Notes: generated from the sequence alone by a model not told the origin. A DNA stretch of 64,000 nt from an uncultured Clostridia bacterium (GCA_947628415.1 CANQZU010000001.1:3638-67637); one strand, 5' to 3'; positions 11,691-21,957 are shown, counted from the stretch's first letter. A program made the numbers and translations.

Positions 11691-12791
11691 CTATTTATTA
11701 TTATTTTTTATTTTTAATTGCATAATTGTTCTATTTAAAATCTCTATATTTTTTTCTTCAAGTTGAGATTTAGCTTGATCTAAAGTAATTTTATTTTTTA
11801 CAAAAAGTTCTGCTAAAGAATTGATTAATCCAATGCTTCCTTTTTCTAAATTACTTTGAATAGCATCTTCAATTTCTGAAACACTGAATTTTTCTTTACG
11901 GATAATTCCTGCTACAATATTATCTACTACCATTACTTCTGGTATTAATACAAGCTTTCCATCAGTTCCTTTTAATAATCTTTGTGATACTACTAATTTT
12001 AATAAAGCTGACAATAAATATTTGATAGATGCTTGATCTCGTACTTCATAAAAGTTAATCATTCTATCAATTGTTTCTGCACAAGATTTCGTATGTAGAG
12101 TTCCAATAACTAAATGTCCTGATTCTGCCATCTCAATAGCTGCTTCCATTGTCACCTTATCTCTAATTTCTCCGATTACAAGAATATCACAATCTTCTCT
12201 TAAAGAGTTTTTAACACCATCACTAAAGGTCAAACTATCTCTTCCTTGTCCTACTTCTTTTTGTACAATTAATGACTTTTTAGAATGATGTTTATACTCA
12301 ACTGGATTTTCTAATGTTAATATTTTTTTATTTTGATTTTCGTTAATATAGTTAATTAAAGCATTTAAAGTTGTACTTTTACCAGAATTTGTTTTACCTG
12401 TTACTAATATTAATCCTTGTGGTTGATAGGTCATTCTTCTTACAATATCAGGAACACCTAATGATTCATAAGGTGGTAATTCATTTTTAATCAACCTTAA
12501 AGTACATAATGGTACTTCATCTGATAAAGAAATATTAACTCTTAATCGAATATCTTTGTATTCATAAGACATATCTAATTTTCTAGTCTTGTTAAATACA
12601 TCATCTTTATCAACATTTCCTTTTACTAGGTAATCATATACCTCGTACATATCTTCTGGTGTTAAAATTTTGCTATTTGGTACAGGTACCAAATCTCTTG
12701 CAATTCTTAACATTGGTTTATTATCACAAATTAGATGGACATCAGATGCATCCAATTTCATAGCCTCGTCTAATATTTTATCTAGATTCAT
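11691..12791 (-). CDS. pilT: type IV pilus retraction ATPase PilT
   Basis: ASDVHL, Walker A GKTNSGKST, Asp box and GEIRD, His box GTLHT. Confidence 0.85.
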   Translation of the reverse strand: MNLDKILDEAMKLDASDVHLICDNKPMLRIARDLVPVPNSKILTPEDMYEVYDYLVKGNVDKDDVFNKTRKLDMSYEYKDIRLRVNISLSDEVPLCTLRLIKNELPPYESLGVPDIVRRMTYQPQGLILVTGKTNSGKSTTLNALINYINENQNKKILTLENPVEYKHHSKKSLIVQKEVGQGRDSLTFSDGVKNSLREDCDILVIGEIRDKVTMEAAIEMAESGHLVIGTLHTKSCAETIDRMINFYEVRDQASIKYLLSALLKLVVSQRLLKGTDGKLVLIPEVMVVDNIVAGIIRKEKFSVSEIEDAIQSNLEKGSIGLINSLAELFVKNKITLDQAKSQLEEKNIEILNRTIMQLKIKNNNK

Positions 12792-12809
12792 AATATCCTC
12801 CTTTGTTTT

Positions 12810-14448
12810 CTAAAAGATTAATAATCTTCTGTTTAATTCTTGTAAGGTAGTATCTCCATGAATTACTTTCTTAATACCATCTACTACTAATGGCTTATAG
12901 CCTTGTAATAGTGCTTGTTTTCTTATATCTAAACTTGATTTTCCTGCCATAATAATTTCTTTTATTTCATCTGTTATATCTAATATTTCAAAAATTCCAA
13001 TTCTATCATAATATCCTGTATTATTACAATATTTACATCCTGGTGCGTCATAAGTTTTTCCAGTTAAATCAAATTTTACATCATATTTTTCTCCAATTGC
13101 CGTTATTATTTTTTTCTCTTCTTCATTATATTTTCTTTCTTGCTTACATTTAGGGCATAATCTTCTTACTAATCTCTGTGAAATAGCAGTTGCAAGAGTG
13201 CTTGAAATATCATAATCAGAAAGTCCCATTTTTCTTAATCTAGTAATTACTTCCACACTATCAATTGTATGTATAGTTGATAATACATAATGACCTGTTT
13301 GTCCTGCTTGAATAGCTATTTCTCCTGTTTCTTTATCTCTTATTTCTCCTACTAGTATAATATCTGGATCTTGTCTTAATACAGTTCTAAGTGAATCAGA
13401 AAAAGATATTTTATTATCGATTTCAATTTGATTTAATCCTGGTATTCTAATTTCTACTGGATCTTCAATTGTTGTAATGTTAATTTCTGGTTGGTTTAAA
13501 TAGTCCATAATACTGTATAAAGTTGTAGTTTTTCCTTCACCTGTTGGAGCTGCAATAATAGTAATGCTATTTCTCTTATTAATGCTTTTTTCTAATTCTT
13601 CCTCTGTACTTGGAAAGCCTAAATCAAATATATTTTTAATATTTTCATTTTTCTTTAATAATCTTAAAACAAATTTTTCTCCATATACATTTGGTTGGGA
13701 AGATACACGTATATTATAATCTTCATATAATAAAATTCTACCATCTTGTGATTCTTGTTTTTCTTGATGCATATTAGAAATTGCTTTTAACCTTCCGAAT
13801 AATTTGATGTTGTTTTTCTTTTTTTATTCTAGCAGCAGTAAACAATTCTCCATCAATACGATATCTCACTCTGACTTCATTTGCCATTGGTTCAATATGT
13901 ATGTCACTTGCTCTTCTCTTCATTCCTGTTTTAATAATACTATCTACTAACCCTATTGTTGTATCTGTATTTTCAGTTGATACATCAAAATCGCTTGTAA
14001 CTTCGCCTTCCATTGATTTTAAAATTTTATCTATATCACTTTCAAATGTAATATAATTTTCCATCACAAGGCCTTTATTTAAAAGTAATAAACGAATAGT
14101 ATTCATATTTACCTTATTGACAGTGTTAGCAAAACATACTTTTATTTTTCCAGAATTAACTTCAAATGGAACTACTTTATTTTTCTTTGCTACATCTAAA
14201 GAAAAATAATCTGTTAATTTTACTTTTATTTTATCATTTGTTAAAAGAATTCCTTTTTCTCCTAAAATATCACCAATAGCTTCAATTAGAATTTGAGGAT
14301 CACATACATTAAGTATATATAAAATATCCCCTAATTTTTGACTAGGATGCTCTTTTTGATATTGCAAAGCATTTCCTATATCCCCTTCTTTTACAATTCC
14401 TCTTTTTACTAGTTCTACTCCAATTGGTTGGCCTCTTCTTCTATCCAT
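12810..14448 (-). CDS. pilB: type IV pilus assembly ATPase PilB/GspE; needs +1 shift at in-frame CGG 13797..13795
   Basis: ORF 13774..14448 holds the MshEN-like N-domain and the start of the ATPase (ASDIHIEP..VRVRYRIDGEL). ORF 12810..13772 holds QDGRI, Walker A APTGEGKTTT, GEIRD and the tetracysteine CPKC..CKYC. Skipping the C of ATT-CGG-A joins them as ..QHQII-G-RLKAISNMHQEKQESQDGRI. Confidence 0.85.
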
Positions 14449-14536
14449 CTTATTCCCTTCTTTCGTGTTTCTTCTTATTTTATTATACTATAAATTTATT
14501 ATTTTTTGTTGTGTTTTTCTAAATTACATAAATTTA

Positions 14537-14971
14537 CTAATTTTTCAAAGTATAGGTAGCATTACGACTTAAAGATCCTGCTTCGAAATTCACTTCTATG
14601 ACATTTTTTCCATTTTTTATTTTGTAAGTAAATTTGCAATTATCTATTTGTCTTGCTATTTTTGCTTGGTTTCGATAAACTGCTTTATTTTCTTTTATAA
14701 ACGTATACTGCACGCCATTATCAAATACAATGTAATTATTTTCTCCATCATAATTACATTCTAATACTTTTATATTTTCGTGATTTACTTCATCTGAAAA
14801 AAAGCTATTAAATTTTACATATTCTGCTGCTAAATCTACATTTTCATAAGATGAATTGGCATTGTTGCTATAAAAATAATTACTAACTACTGCTACGATT
14901 GCTACAACAATGGTAACTCCAATAACATATATAGTTAATGATACTAATGTAATACCACTTTGTGATTTCAT
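14537..14971 (-). CDS. prepilin-like minor pilin (class III signal, Ser at +5)
   Basis: N-terminus MKSQSG/ITLVSLTIYVIGVTIVVAIV followed by a small globular domain. Lies inside the pilus cluster. Confidence 0.55.
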   Translation of the reverse strand: MKSQSGITLVSLTIYVIGVTIVVAIVAVVSNYFYSNNANSSYENVDLAAEYVKFNSFFSDEVNHENIKVLECNYDGENNYIVFDNGVQYTFIKENKAVYRNQAKIARQIDNCKFTYKIKNGKNVIEVNFEAGSLSRNATYTLKN

Positions 14972-14972
14972 T

Positions 14973-15365
14973 TTAAAACTCCTTTGCCATGATAGTAGAA
15001 AGCTCTACTGTCTGTTTTTTGGCTTTAAACATGTATTGTATTTGAACTGTTACTTTTTTTACAAGTCCTTGTGCCTTTGATTTATCGATATCATGATAAT
15101 CCTGTATTAGAACATTTTTATAAAACCCTTCTTTTATTTCTTCTGATTCTACTTGCTCATTCACCAGTTGTTCAAATTTTACATTTTTTATTCTTTCAAT
15201 TTCATCAATTGCTAAATAAGTGGCTTCTGATTTTAATTCTACTTCTTTTTGAGAACTATTATAATTGTAAGATAAAACAGCAATAATTGATATTCCTATA
15301 AAAAGTACGATGACTGCTACTGCTATTTCAATTCCCGTAAATCCTTTCTCACTTTTAAATTTCAT
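14973..15365 (-). CDS. prepilin-type N-terminal cleavage/methylation domain protein (minor pilin, canonical Glu5)
   Basis: MKFKSEKG/FTGIEIAVAVIVLFIGI matches the G/FTxxE prepilin motif. Confidence 0.65.
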   Translation of the reverse strand: MKFKSEKGFTGIEIAVAVIVLFIGISIIAVLSYNYNSSQKEVELKSEATYLAIDEIERIKNVKFEQLVNEQVESEEIKEGFYKNVLIQDYHDIDKSKAQGLVKKVTVQIQYMFKAKKQTVELSTIMAKEF

Positions 15366-15375
15366 GCTTTTCTCC

Positions 15376-16195
15376 TTATAAATTATAATTGCTTATCACT
15401 GATACTAGCAAAAACATAATAATATTGGCAACACCTAAATAAAATCCTATGCTAAGTTGTTTTAAACTATTTGCTTGTGTCTGTCTTTTACGTCTTGATT
15501 TTATTTGTTTTAATTTATATATCAACATATAGAAAAATAAGATAATCAAAGTAAAAATAATCGTACTTGCTGTGATATATTCTCCTGTAAATATTGCCAT
15601 GGTTATGACTGTTAATAAAATTCCTATAGTATAGCTATCTTTGGCATATCTTTTTAAAGTTATTGTATCTAAAATTAAAACAATTATGTAAAAAATTAAA
15701 TATATAGCATTTTTATATATACTAATCTGTTCTATTCTATATAAATTGATGATATATAAAATAGCTATTACAATTCCATAAATCGATACTAATTTATCTA
15801 TTTTCAAGTTTTCTTTATCAATTCCTGCCATTAAGAAAATAAATGTGACATATAATACCATAAAACTATATTTTATTATTACAGCAACAGTAATTGTTTC
15901 TACATTGATTTTCATTAATATTGCTAATAATACAAATAATAAACCGCGATAAAATTTCAATGATAAAATATCTTGGTCTTATTTTTTGTTTACAATATCT
16001 ACATTTTGCTCTTAAAAACACATAACTTAGAATCGGAATTAAGTCAAATAATCCTAATCGATGATGGCAATTAGGACAATAGGAATGTGTATGGGTAATA
16101 TCTTGTCTTTTGGGAATTCTATATATTGCTAATGTATAAAAACTTCCAAATAAGCTCCCTATTATAAATAAAATTATGTATAAGAATATATTCAT
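15376..16195 (-). CDS. pilD: prepilin peptidase (A24 family, PilD); needs +1 shift at in-frame CGG 15946..15944
   Basis: ORF 15866..16195 carries the N-terminal Zn-finger region CPNCHH..CRYCKQKIRPRYFIIEIL. ORF 15376..15960 carries the polytopic peptidase body. TCG-CGG-T read as S-G gives ..IIEILSGLLFVLLAILMK.., for 272 aa in total. Confidence 0.85.
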
Positions 16196-16279
16196 ATTTT
16201 TTCCTTTTTAAAATTTTAGCCATACACACCTAGTGTGCGTATGGCTAGTTTAAATTCAATTGTTTAACTATTGAGTTTA

Positions 16280-16717
16280 TTATGATACAGTAGCTTTGGT
16301 AATTGTTCCGCCGCTTGTTTTATCTGCACCGAAAGTAATACTACCTGTAACTGTTATATTTAAAGAATCATTAGTATAAGTAATGGTGATTGGGTCTGTA
16401 CCGCTTACTGCATATCCATCTTCTCCATCTTCAATTCCAGTTACTTCTGGTTTTATTAAATTTGCATTATCATCTGCAGGATCATAATCTGAATCATCTA
16501 TTATTTTTGATAATGCTTCTGTTTTTATAGCTTGTAAAGCTACGTTGATTTTTTCAACAGCATTTTGTTTTGCTGTATTTTTTTGTGCCTCTGTTGCATT
16601 TGTTAAAATTCCGTTATCTCCTAATAACATTGCAATTGACACCCCTGCTAAAATTAATAATACAATGATTGTGATTACTAAAGCTATTAAAGTAATACCT
16701 TTTTGATTTTTCATCAT
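16280..16717 (-). CDS. pilA: major pilin candidate (prepilin-type N-terminus, Ala at +5)
   Basis: GGAGG RBS 8 nt before the ATG at 16717. N-terminus MMKNQKG/ITLIALVITIIVLLILAGVSIAML. Confidence 0.7.
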   Translation of the reverse strand: MMKNQKGITLIALVITIIVLLILAGVSIAMLLGDNGILTNATEAQKNTAKQNAVEKINVALQAIKTEALSKIIDDSDYDPADDNANLIKPEVTGIEDGEDGYAVSGTDPITITYTNDSLNITVTGSITFGADKTSGGTITKATVS

Positions 16718-16797
16718 GTTTCTTTTCCTCCTTTTCTTTTGATTTAATATATATTTTGCTTTATATGAATAAACTTCATATAACGTTAATAACAAAT

Positions 16798-17217
16798 TTA
16801 TTTTATTCCTTTATCTTTGAAAAACTTTCCTCCTGATGTACTTTCTTCATTTGAAGTATTCGATGTTGCAGAACTACTAGTATTATTACCATTACTAGAT
16901 GTTCCATCTCCTGAACTTGTTTCACTACTTTCATAAGAAGAAAATGGATTAGCTTTTCCTGGTTTATAATCTTGAATTCTTTTATAATTATTTAAATCAT
17001 TTGAATCAATTTCATATGTCCTTATAATTTGGCTTTCATCAATTTCTTCTGATTGTGCTAATTCTTGTTTAACACTTTCTGGTGTTGTATAAGAAATTGG
17101 GTTAGGTATTGTTTTTGAAGTAGGAACATATTCATAAAGAACAATGCCTAATACCAATATGATAGCTAAACATAACAACAATATAATAATTAATTCTTTG
17201 ATTATATTTTTCGTCAT
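16798..17217 (-). CDS. single-pass membrane protein with Ser/Thr-rich tail, pilus cluster
   Basis: N-terminal TM (ELIIILLLCLAIILVLGIVLY). C-terminal tract SSYESSETSSGDGTSSNGNNTSSSATSNTSNEESTSGG. No family recognised. Confidence 0.4.
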   Translation of the reverse strand: MTKNIIKELIIILLLCLAIILVLGIVLYEYVPTSKTIPNPISYTTPESVKQELAQSEEIDESQIIRTYEIDSNDLNNYKRIQDYKPGKANPFSSYESSETSSGDGTSSNGNNTSSSATSNTSNEESTSGGKFFKDKGIK

Positions 17218-17235
17218 TTTTTCGCTCCTTTATCT

Positions 17236-17391
17236 TTATTGTACTGCATTCGTATTGTTGTTGGTTCGATTTGTATTTGTTGTATTATTGGTTGTATTTC
17301 CACTAGCTGTATTAGTTGTATTTGTCGTGTTTGTTGTATTTGTTGTATTAGTTGTATTATTTTCAGTTGTACTTGTAGCAGTATTAGTTGT
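17236..17391 (-). repeat. coding low-complexity tract of degenerate AAT/ACN triplets (NTT repeats)
   Basis: Plus strand shows reiterated gttgtatt(a/t)g units. It encodes TTNTATSTTENNTTNTTNTTNTTNTTNTASGNTTNNTTNTNRTNNNTN. Confidence 0.7.
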
Positions 17392-17976
17392 TTGTAAAAC
17401 TTCTGTGATAGCAACATCACGACATACAAAACTTGCTTGTAAATCTGAACCAGCTGGACTCATTTGAAATTCTTCAATTCTAAATCCTAACGTACTGTCA
17501 TTTTCAATGTCTGATATAAAATCAGTAATAGAAATATAACTTCCAGTTACAGTAAATCTTAAATCATAATTGTTTTGCACTTGACTAGTACCTTGAACAA
17601 TATCCATTTTTAAAACAACGCCTTCGCTTGTTGCATGATGACCTAATTTTACCCATAAGCTTTCAATAGAATATCTTTCTAGTTGATTAGCTAATTGTAT
17701 ATCCCCTTCTGAGCTTACTAATGTCATATCTTCATATTCTTTTTTCTCTTGTTCTAATTTTTTTGTACTTTCTTCTACTGTACTAATGGCTTCTTTATAA
17801 TTTTTTTCTGCTAATTTACTTGCTTCTTGAATCTTTTCATCTAATTCTTTGTTTTTAGTTTGTATTCCTGAAAAGCTAAGAACTTGTACATTTCCAATTC
17901 CAAAGCCATTTAATACAATAAAAAGAGATAAAGTTAATAATAAACCAATTAGAACTAGCATTAATAACTTTTTCAT
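17236..17976 (-). CDS. pilO: PilO-like pilus assembly protein with Asn/Thr-rich C-terminal tail
   Basis: N-terminal TM, coiled coil, then a ferredoxin-like domain (DLRFTVTGSYISITDFISDIEN). Overlaps the pilM/N stop by 4 nt. Confidence 0.55.
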   Translation of the reverse strand: MKKLLMLVLIGLLLTLSLFIVLNGFGIGNVQVLSFSGIQTKNKELDEKIQEASKLAEKNYKEAISTVEESTKKLEQEKKEYEDMTLVSSEGDIQLANQLERYSIESLWVKLGHHATSEGVVLKMDIVQGTSQVQNNYDLRFTVTGSYISITDFISDIENDSTLGFRIEEFQMSPAGSDLQASFVCRDVAITEVLQTTNTATSTTENNTTNTTNTTNTTNTTNTASGNTTNNTTNTNRTNNNTNAVQ

Positions 17977-19598
17977 GGCAAGTCTCCTTCTATTTTAACG
18001 GTAATAGCATTACCATCTCTTTGTCCTGCTGTTGATATTACATCGTTTAAAATAACTTCTGTTGCTATTTTTGCTTTTAAATAACCTAGTTGTTCATACT
18101 TGTTAGACTGTGCTGTTATAACGATATGTGTATTGGTTGTATTTTCTATTTTTGTTAATTGTACATTTTCTGGAATAATTGTCATAATTTGATTTAATAA
18201 ATTTGGAATAGCATTTCTTGTTTTATTTCTATCTGTAATTTTGTTGTTAGCTTCTTCTAAATTTTTTAGCATATTGGTATATTGATTAGTTTTTGTTTTA
18301 ATTGCTTCGTTATCTTTGTTAACCAAAGCAATCTGCGTGTTAGTATGATTAATAGATTCTTGGGCTTCTTGTTTCTTTTTATCCATTTGATTAGAAAGTA
18401 AACTAGAAAAGCCACTATAAATGATTATTAATAGCATAAGTCCAACTGCAATTCGCATTAAACTTGTTTCTGTTCTATCTAATTTTTGTCCTAAATCCCA
18501 AGTTAATAATCCACCTAAATTCTTTTTATCTTTTGCGGTTCTATCTGGATTAACTTCAATTTTTAACCAATCTGGAACTTTATCTCCAAATGTTTGGTTT
18601 TTGAAGTTCATTCCTGTAATTCCTTCTCCTAGTGCCATTAATCCAATTGATATAGCAGAATTTACTTCTATATAATCTTTGATAGTAATGTCTTTAGTAT
18701 TTTCTACAAAATATGGTTTTAATATTTCGCAATCTACATTTTCAAAATATTCTTGAAAATATAAGTCAATATTATTGATAAGAGCTGCTGTTCCTGTGAT
18801 GTATAATTTCTTTATTCTTCCCATATTATTGTTTAATATAGTTTGTACTTTACCAACTATATTATATAATGTTGGCATAATATCTTCTAAATAGCCTGAT
18901 TGTTCTTCTTGTAATTCTCTTCCTTCTGATGTATAAATTGTTGTATTTTTACAAATTTCATAAGATTTTGAATATGAGTTTTCTTTTAAATTTATTTTAT
19001 TTAAAAAGTCTCTGCTTCCTTCTTCTAATACATCAATATTATAAATTTGATTTTGCAAAATAGTTGTAATAGTTGTATTATCCTCAATATTGACAATTAA
19101 GCAACTTTCGTTTTGATCAATCTGCAATAAATTTGGAATTGCCATAGAAATTGGCGAAATATTAGCTAATTTATATCCTTCTATTTCTTGAATTCTTTTA
19201 TTTAACTCAATTTTATTTTCAGCAATATGGATAACACGTATTTTGTCTTTTTCTTCTTGGTTTCCAACGATTGCATATCTTGTTTCAAAAACATTTGGAT
19301 TATATCCTTTTTCTGAACAATAAGAGTCAAATTCTGTTTTGATTGCTTTTTGTAAATCACTTTTAGTAAGTAAAGCAAACATATCAAAATAATTGTACAT
19401 TTCTTCTGATAAGTTAATGCTAATTGGTGTTTTCTGACTATAAGTTTCTTGGATAATTTGCTCAATTGCTTCTACAATTTTATCATAAAATTTAATTCCA
19501 AATGCTTCTACTTTAATCTTATCATGACTTTTCGATACTTTTGCATATTTAATTAAATGTTCTTGAATGTAAATTCCAAGACTACTTGTATTTGCCAT
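17973..19598 (-). CDS. pilM: PilM-PilN fusion-type pilus assembly protein
   Basis: About 330 aa of actin-like PilM-type N-domain, a TM segment (IAVGLMLLIIIYSGFSSLL), then a coiled-coil/PilN-like C-domain. First gene of the pilus operon. Confidence 0.65.
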   Translation of the reverse strand: MANTSSLGIYIQEHLIKYAKVSKSHDKIKVEAFGIKFYDKIVEAIEQIIQETYSQKTPISINLSEEMYNYFDMFALLTKSDLQKAIKTEFDSYCSEKGYNPNVFETRYAIVGNQEEKDKIRVIHIAENKIELNKRIQEIEGYKLANISPISMAIPNLLQIDQNESCLIVNIEDNTTITTILQNQIYNIDVLEEGSRDFLNKINLKENSYSKSYEICKNTTIYTSEGRELQEEQSGYLEDIMPTLYNIVGKVQTILNNNMGRIKKLYITGTAALINNIDLYFQEYFENVDCEILKPYFVENTKDITIKDYIEVNSAISIGLMALGEGITGMNFKNQTFGDKVPDWLKIEVNPDRTAKDKKNLGGLLTWDLGQKLDRTETSLMRIAVGLMLLIIIYSGFSSLLSNQMDKKKQEAQESINHTNTQIALVNKDNEAIKTKTNQYTNMLKNLEEANNKITDRNKTRNAIPNLLNQIMTIIPENVQLTKIENTTNTHIVITAQSNKYEQLGYLKAKIATEVILNDVISTAGQRDGNAITVKIEGDLP

Positions 19599-19778
19599 CG
19601 TTTTCTCCTTTTTTTGATTGATTTATTTTTATTTTTTACAAATTCTATAAATCCATACTTGAATATTTTACACATTTCTTCAAATATATTTATATTTTAT
19701 TATTATTTGCCAAAAAGTCAATATATTTAACACACTTGTAATAAAAACGTAATATTTTTGTAATACTACGTTTTTTAA

Positions 19779-21128
19779 CTATTTTTTTCGCATTTTACAA
19801 ATGAAAAATCCATCTGTTTTTTCATTTTGATATACCTGCAAAAATGAATTTTTTTCTAAAAATTTTTCAAAAAAATTTCCTTTTATTTCTTCTATTGTTT
19901 CAAGTTCAAAATCTTGATGCTTCTGTAAAAAATTTTCTACTATTTTTTCATTTTCTTCTTTTAAAATACTACAAGTTGCGTATACTAATTTTCCTCCTTT
20001 TTTCAGATATTTTGAACAATTTTCTAATATATTTTTTTGTAAATTTGTAATTTCTACTATATCCTCTTTTTTTCTTTTCCATTTAATATCTGGTTTTCTT
20101 TTTAGTACACCAATTCCTAAACATGGCACATCTAATAAAATTTTATCAAAATGGTTTGAATATTTCTCTTCCCATAAAGTAGCATCTTTTACTTGTGTCT
20201 TTATGATAGAAATCCCTAATCTTTTTGCTAATCTATCAACTAAATTTATTCTGTGGCTATAAATATCCCAAGCTATAATTTCTCCTTTGTTTTGCATAAT
20301 TTGTGCCAAATAAGTAGTTTTTCCGCCTGGACTACTACAAGCATCTAAAACAGATTCTCCTGGTTTAGGATTTAAAACTTTTGCTACTAATCCTGCTGCT
20401 TCATCTTGCACAGTAAACTTTCCTTCTTGATAAGCCTGTATTTTTTCTATATTTTTTGCTCCTTTTAACATTAAAAATTCTTCTAATGTTCCTTTTTCCG
20501 AATCAATTTTTTCTTTTTTCAATTCTTCTTGTAAAGTCTGTGTATCTGTTTTTAGAGTATTTGTTCTAATCCACAGTTTTGGTCTAATGTTAGAATTTTC
20601 ACAAATAGTTTTTACTTCTTCTAAAGTCTTTTCTTTCAATAATTCTTCTACTAACCAACTTGGCATAGAAGTAGTTTTAGATATTCTTTCTGGAATTTCT
20701 TTTATCTCAAAAAATTCTTTATAATCTTTTTTATCTACTTTTCTTAAAATGGCATTAACAAAATTACTACTTGCTTTATGTCCATATCTTTTGGCTAAGT
20801 TCACTCCTTCATTTACAGCTGCTGATTTTGGTACTTTGTCTAAAAAAACAATTTGATAAATACTCATTCTTAAAATATTTAAAATCCATATAGATATTTT
20901 CTTTATTTTAATAGAAGAATATTTTTTTATTATTTCATCTAAAGTTAATTTCCATGAAATTGTACCATAAACTAATTCTGAAATAAAACCAACATCTTTT
21001 GTGCTTATTGTTTCTTTTTGCTTTCTTGCTTGCTGAAGAATTTTATCTAATGCAATATTAGAATATGCCTCATTTTTTTCTATTTCATATAAAATTTTTA
21101 GAGCTAATTCTCTTGTTTTATCTATCAT
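19779..21128 (-). CDS. rsmB: 16S rRNA (cytosine967-C5)-methyltransferase
   Basis: NusB-like N-domain, SAM motif DACSSPGGKTTY, catalytic LDVPCLGIG and YATCS. Confidence 0.9.
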   Translation of the reverse strand: MIDKTRELALKILYEIEKNEAYSNIALDKILQQARKQKETISTKDVGFISELVYGTISWKLTLDEIIKKYSSIKIKKISIWILNILRMSIYQIVFLDKVPKSAAVNEGVNLAKRYGHKASSNFVNAILRKVDKKDYKEFFEIKEIPERISKTTSMPSWLVEELLKEKTLEEVKTICENSNIRPKLWIRTNTLKTDTQTLQEELKKEKIDSEKGTLEEFLMLKGAKNIEKIQAYQEGKFTVQDEAAGLVAKVLNPKPGESVLDACSSPGGKTTYLAQIMQNKGEIIAWDIYSHRINLVDRLAKRLGISIIKTQVKDATLWEEKYSNHFDKILLDVPCLGIGVLKRKPDIKWKRKKEDIVEITNLQKNILENCSKYLKKGGKLVYATCSILKEENEKIVENFLQKHQDFELETIEEIKGNFFEKFLEKNSFLQVYQNEKTDGFFICKMRKK

Positions 21129-21246
21129 ATTTTTCCCTTTCTTTTTGCTTAAATTATATAATTTTTTTATTAAAATTTCTACTAATTTTGTATATTTTTT
21201 CTAAATTTCGGAAAAAATACTTCTAAAAGATTTTTGGAGGTCGATT

Positions 21247-21465
21247 ATGGAAATAAAAAAGCATTTAATTATAACTGGTAATTCCAATGTTTCTTGGAAA
21301 GATGCAATTGTAAAAGCAATTTCAGAAGCTTCTAAGACCATTGATTATTTATCAGAAGTAAAAATTTTAGAACAAAGAGCTAGTATTGATGGAGATAAGA
21401 TCGTAGAATATTTTGCTGATTTAGATATTAGCTTTACGGTTGATTTAAATCGAAAAAATAATTAA
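21247..21465 (+). CDS. dodecin-family small protein
   Basis: 72 aa. Pattern ITGNS..SWKDAIVKAISEASKTI..L..V.ILEQRA.IDGDKIVEY.ADLDISFTV resembles dodecin. Confidence 0.55.
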   Translation: MEIKKHLIITGNSNVSWKDAIVKAISEASKTIDYLSEVKILEQRASIDGDKIVEYFADLDISFTVDLNRKNN

Positions 21466-21479
21466 TTTAGGAGGTAATT

Positions 21480-21944
21480 ATGAATCCTTTAGAAACAAAA
21501 CAAACTTATCAAACTTATGTAGATAAAAAGTCGCCAAATTCTCCTATTATCAAAAACTGTTTTAATGCTTTTTGGGTAGGTGGACTTATTTGTACGATTG
21601 GACAAGTTATTCTTAATATATGTAAGCAAAGAGGTTTTGATACACAAACTTCTGGTACAATTGTTTCCATTTTGTTAATTGGTATTTCTGCTTTTTTAAC
21701 TGGTTTAAATCTATTTAACAAAATCGGAAAATTTGCAGGGGCAGGTTCCTTAATTCCAATTACGGGATTTGCTAATTCTATTGTTTCTCCTGCTATGGAA
21801 TATAAATCAGAAGGATATGTTATGGGAGTTGGCGGTAAAATGTTTACGGTTGCTGGTCCTGTTTTAGTTTTTGGAATCTCTGCTTCTATTTTAGTAGGAA
21901 TTATTTATTTAATATTTAACACACAAAATATTACTTTAGTTTAA
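21480..21944 (+). CDS. spoVAC: stage V sporulation protein AC
   Basis: Four-TM protein with typical SpoVAC sequence (FWVGGLICTIGQ, ITGFANS); followed by spoVAD/AE. Confidence 0.9.
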   Translation: MNPLETKQTYQTYVDKKSPNSPIIKNCFNAFWVGGLICTIGQVILNICKQRGFDTQTSGTIVSILLIGISAFLTGLNLFNKIGKFAGAGSLIPITGFANSIVSPAMEYKSEGYVMGVGGKMFTVAGPVLVFGISASILVGIIYLIFNTQNITLV

Positions 21945-21957
21945 AGGAGGAAATCAA

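Noticed and set aside
15376-16195. Treating 15866..16195 and 15376..15960 as two separate overlapping genes
   Set aside because: Together they form one standard-length A24 prepilin peptidase. The overlap parts of each ORF (the RFIICIIS.. tail and the MKFYR head) are non-homologous read-through or read-in.
17236-17400. Short tandem DNA repeats as a possible CRISPR array or non-coding satellite
   Set aside because: The units are about 9 nt and contiguous with no spacers. They lie in frame within the PilO-like ORF, encoding an Asn/Thr tract. No cas genes are present.
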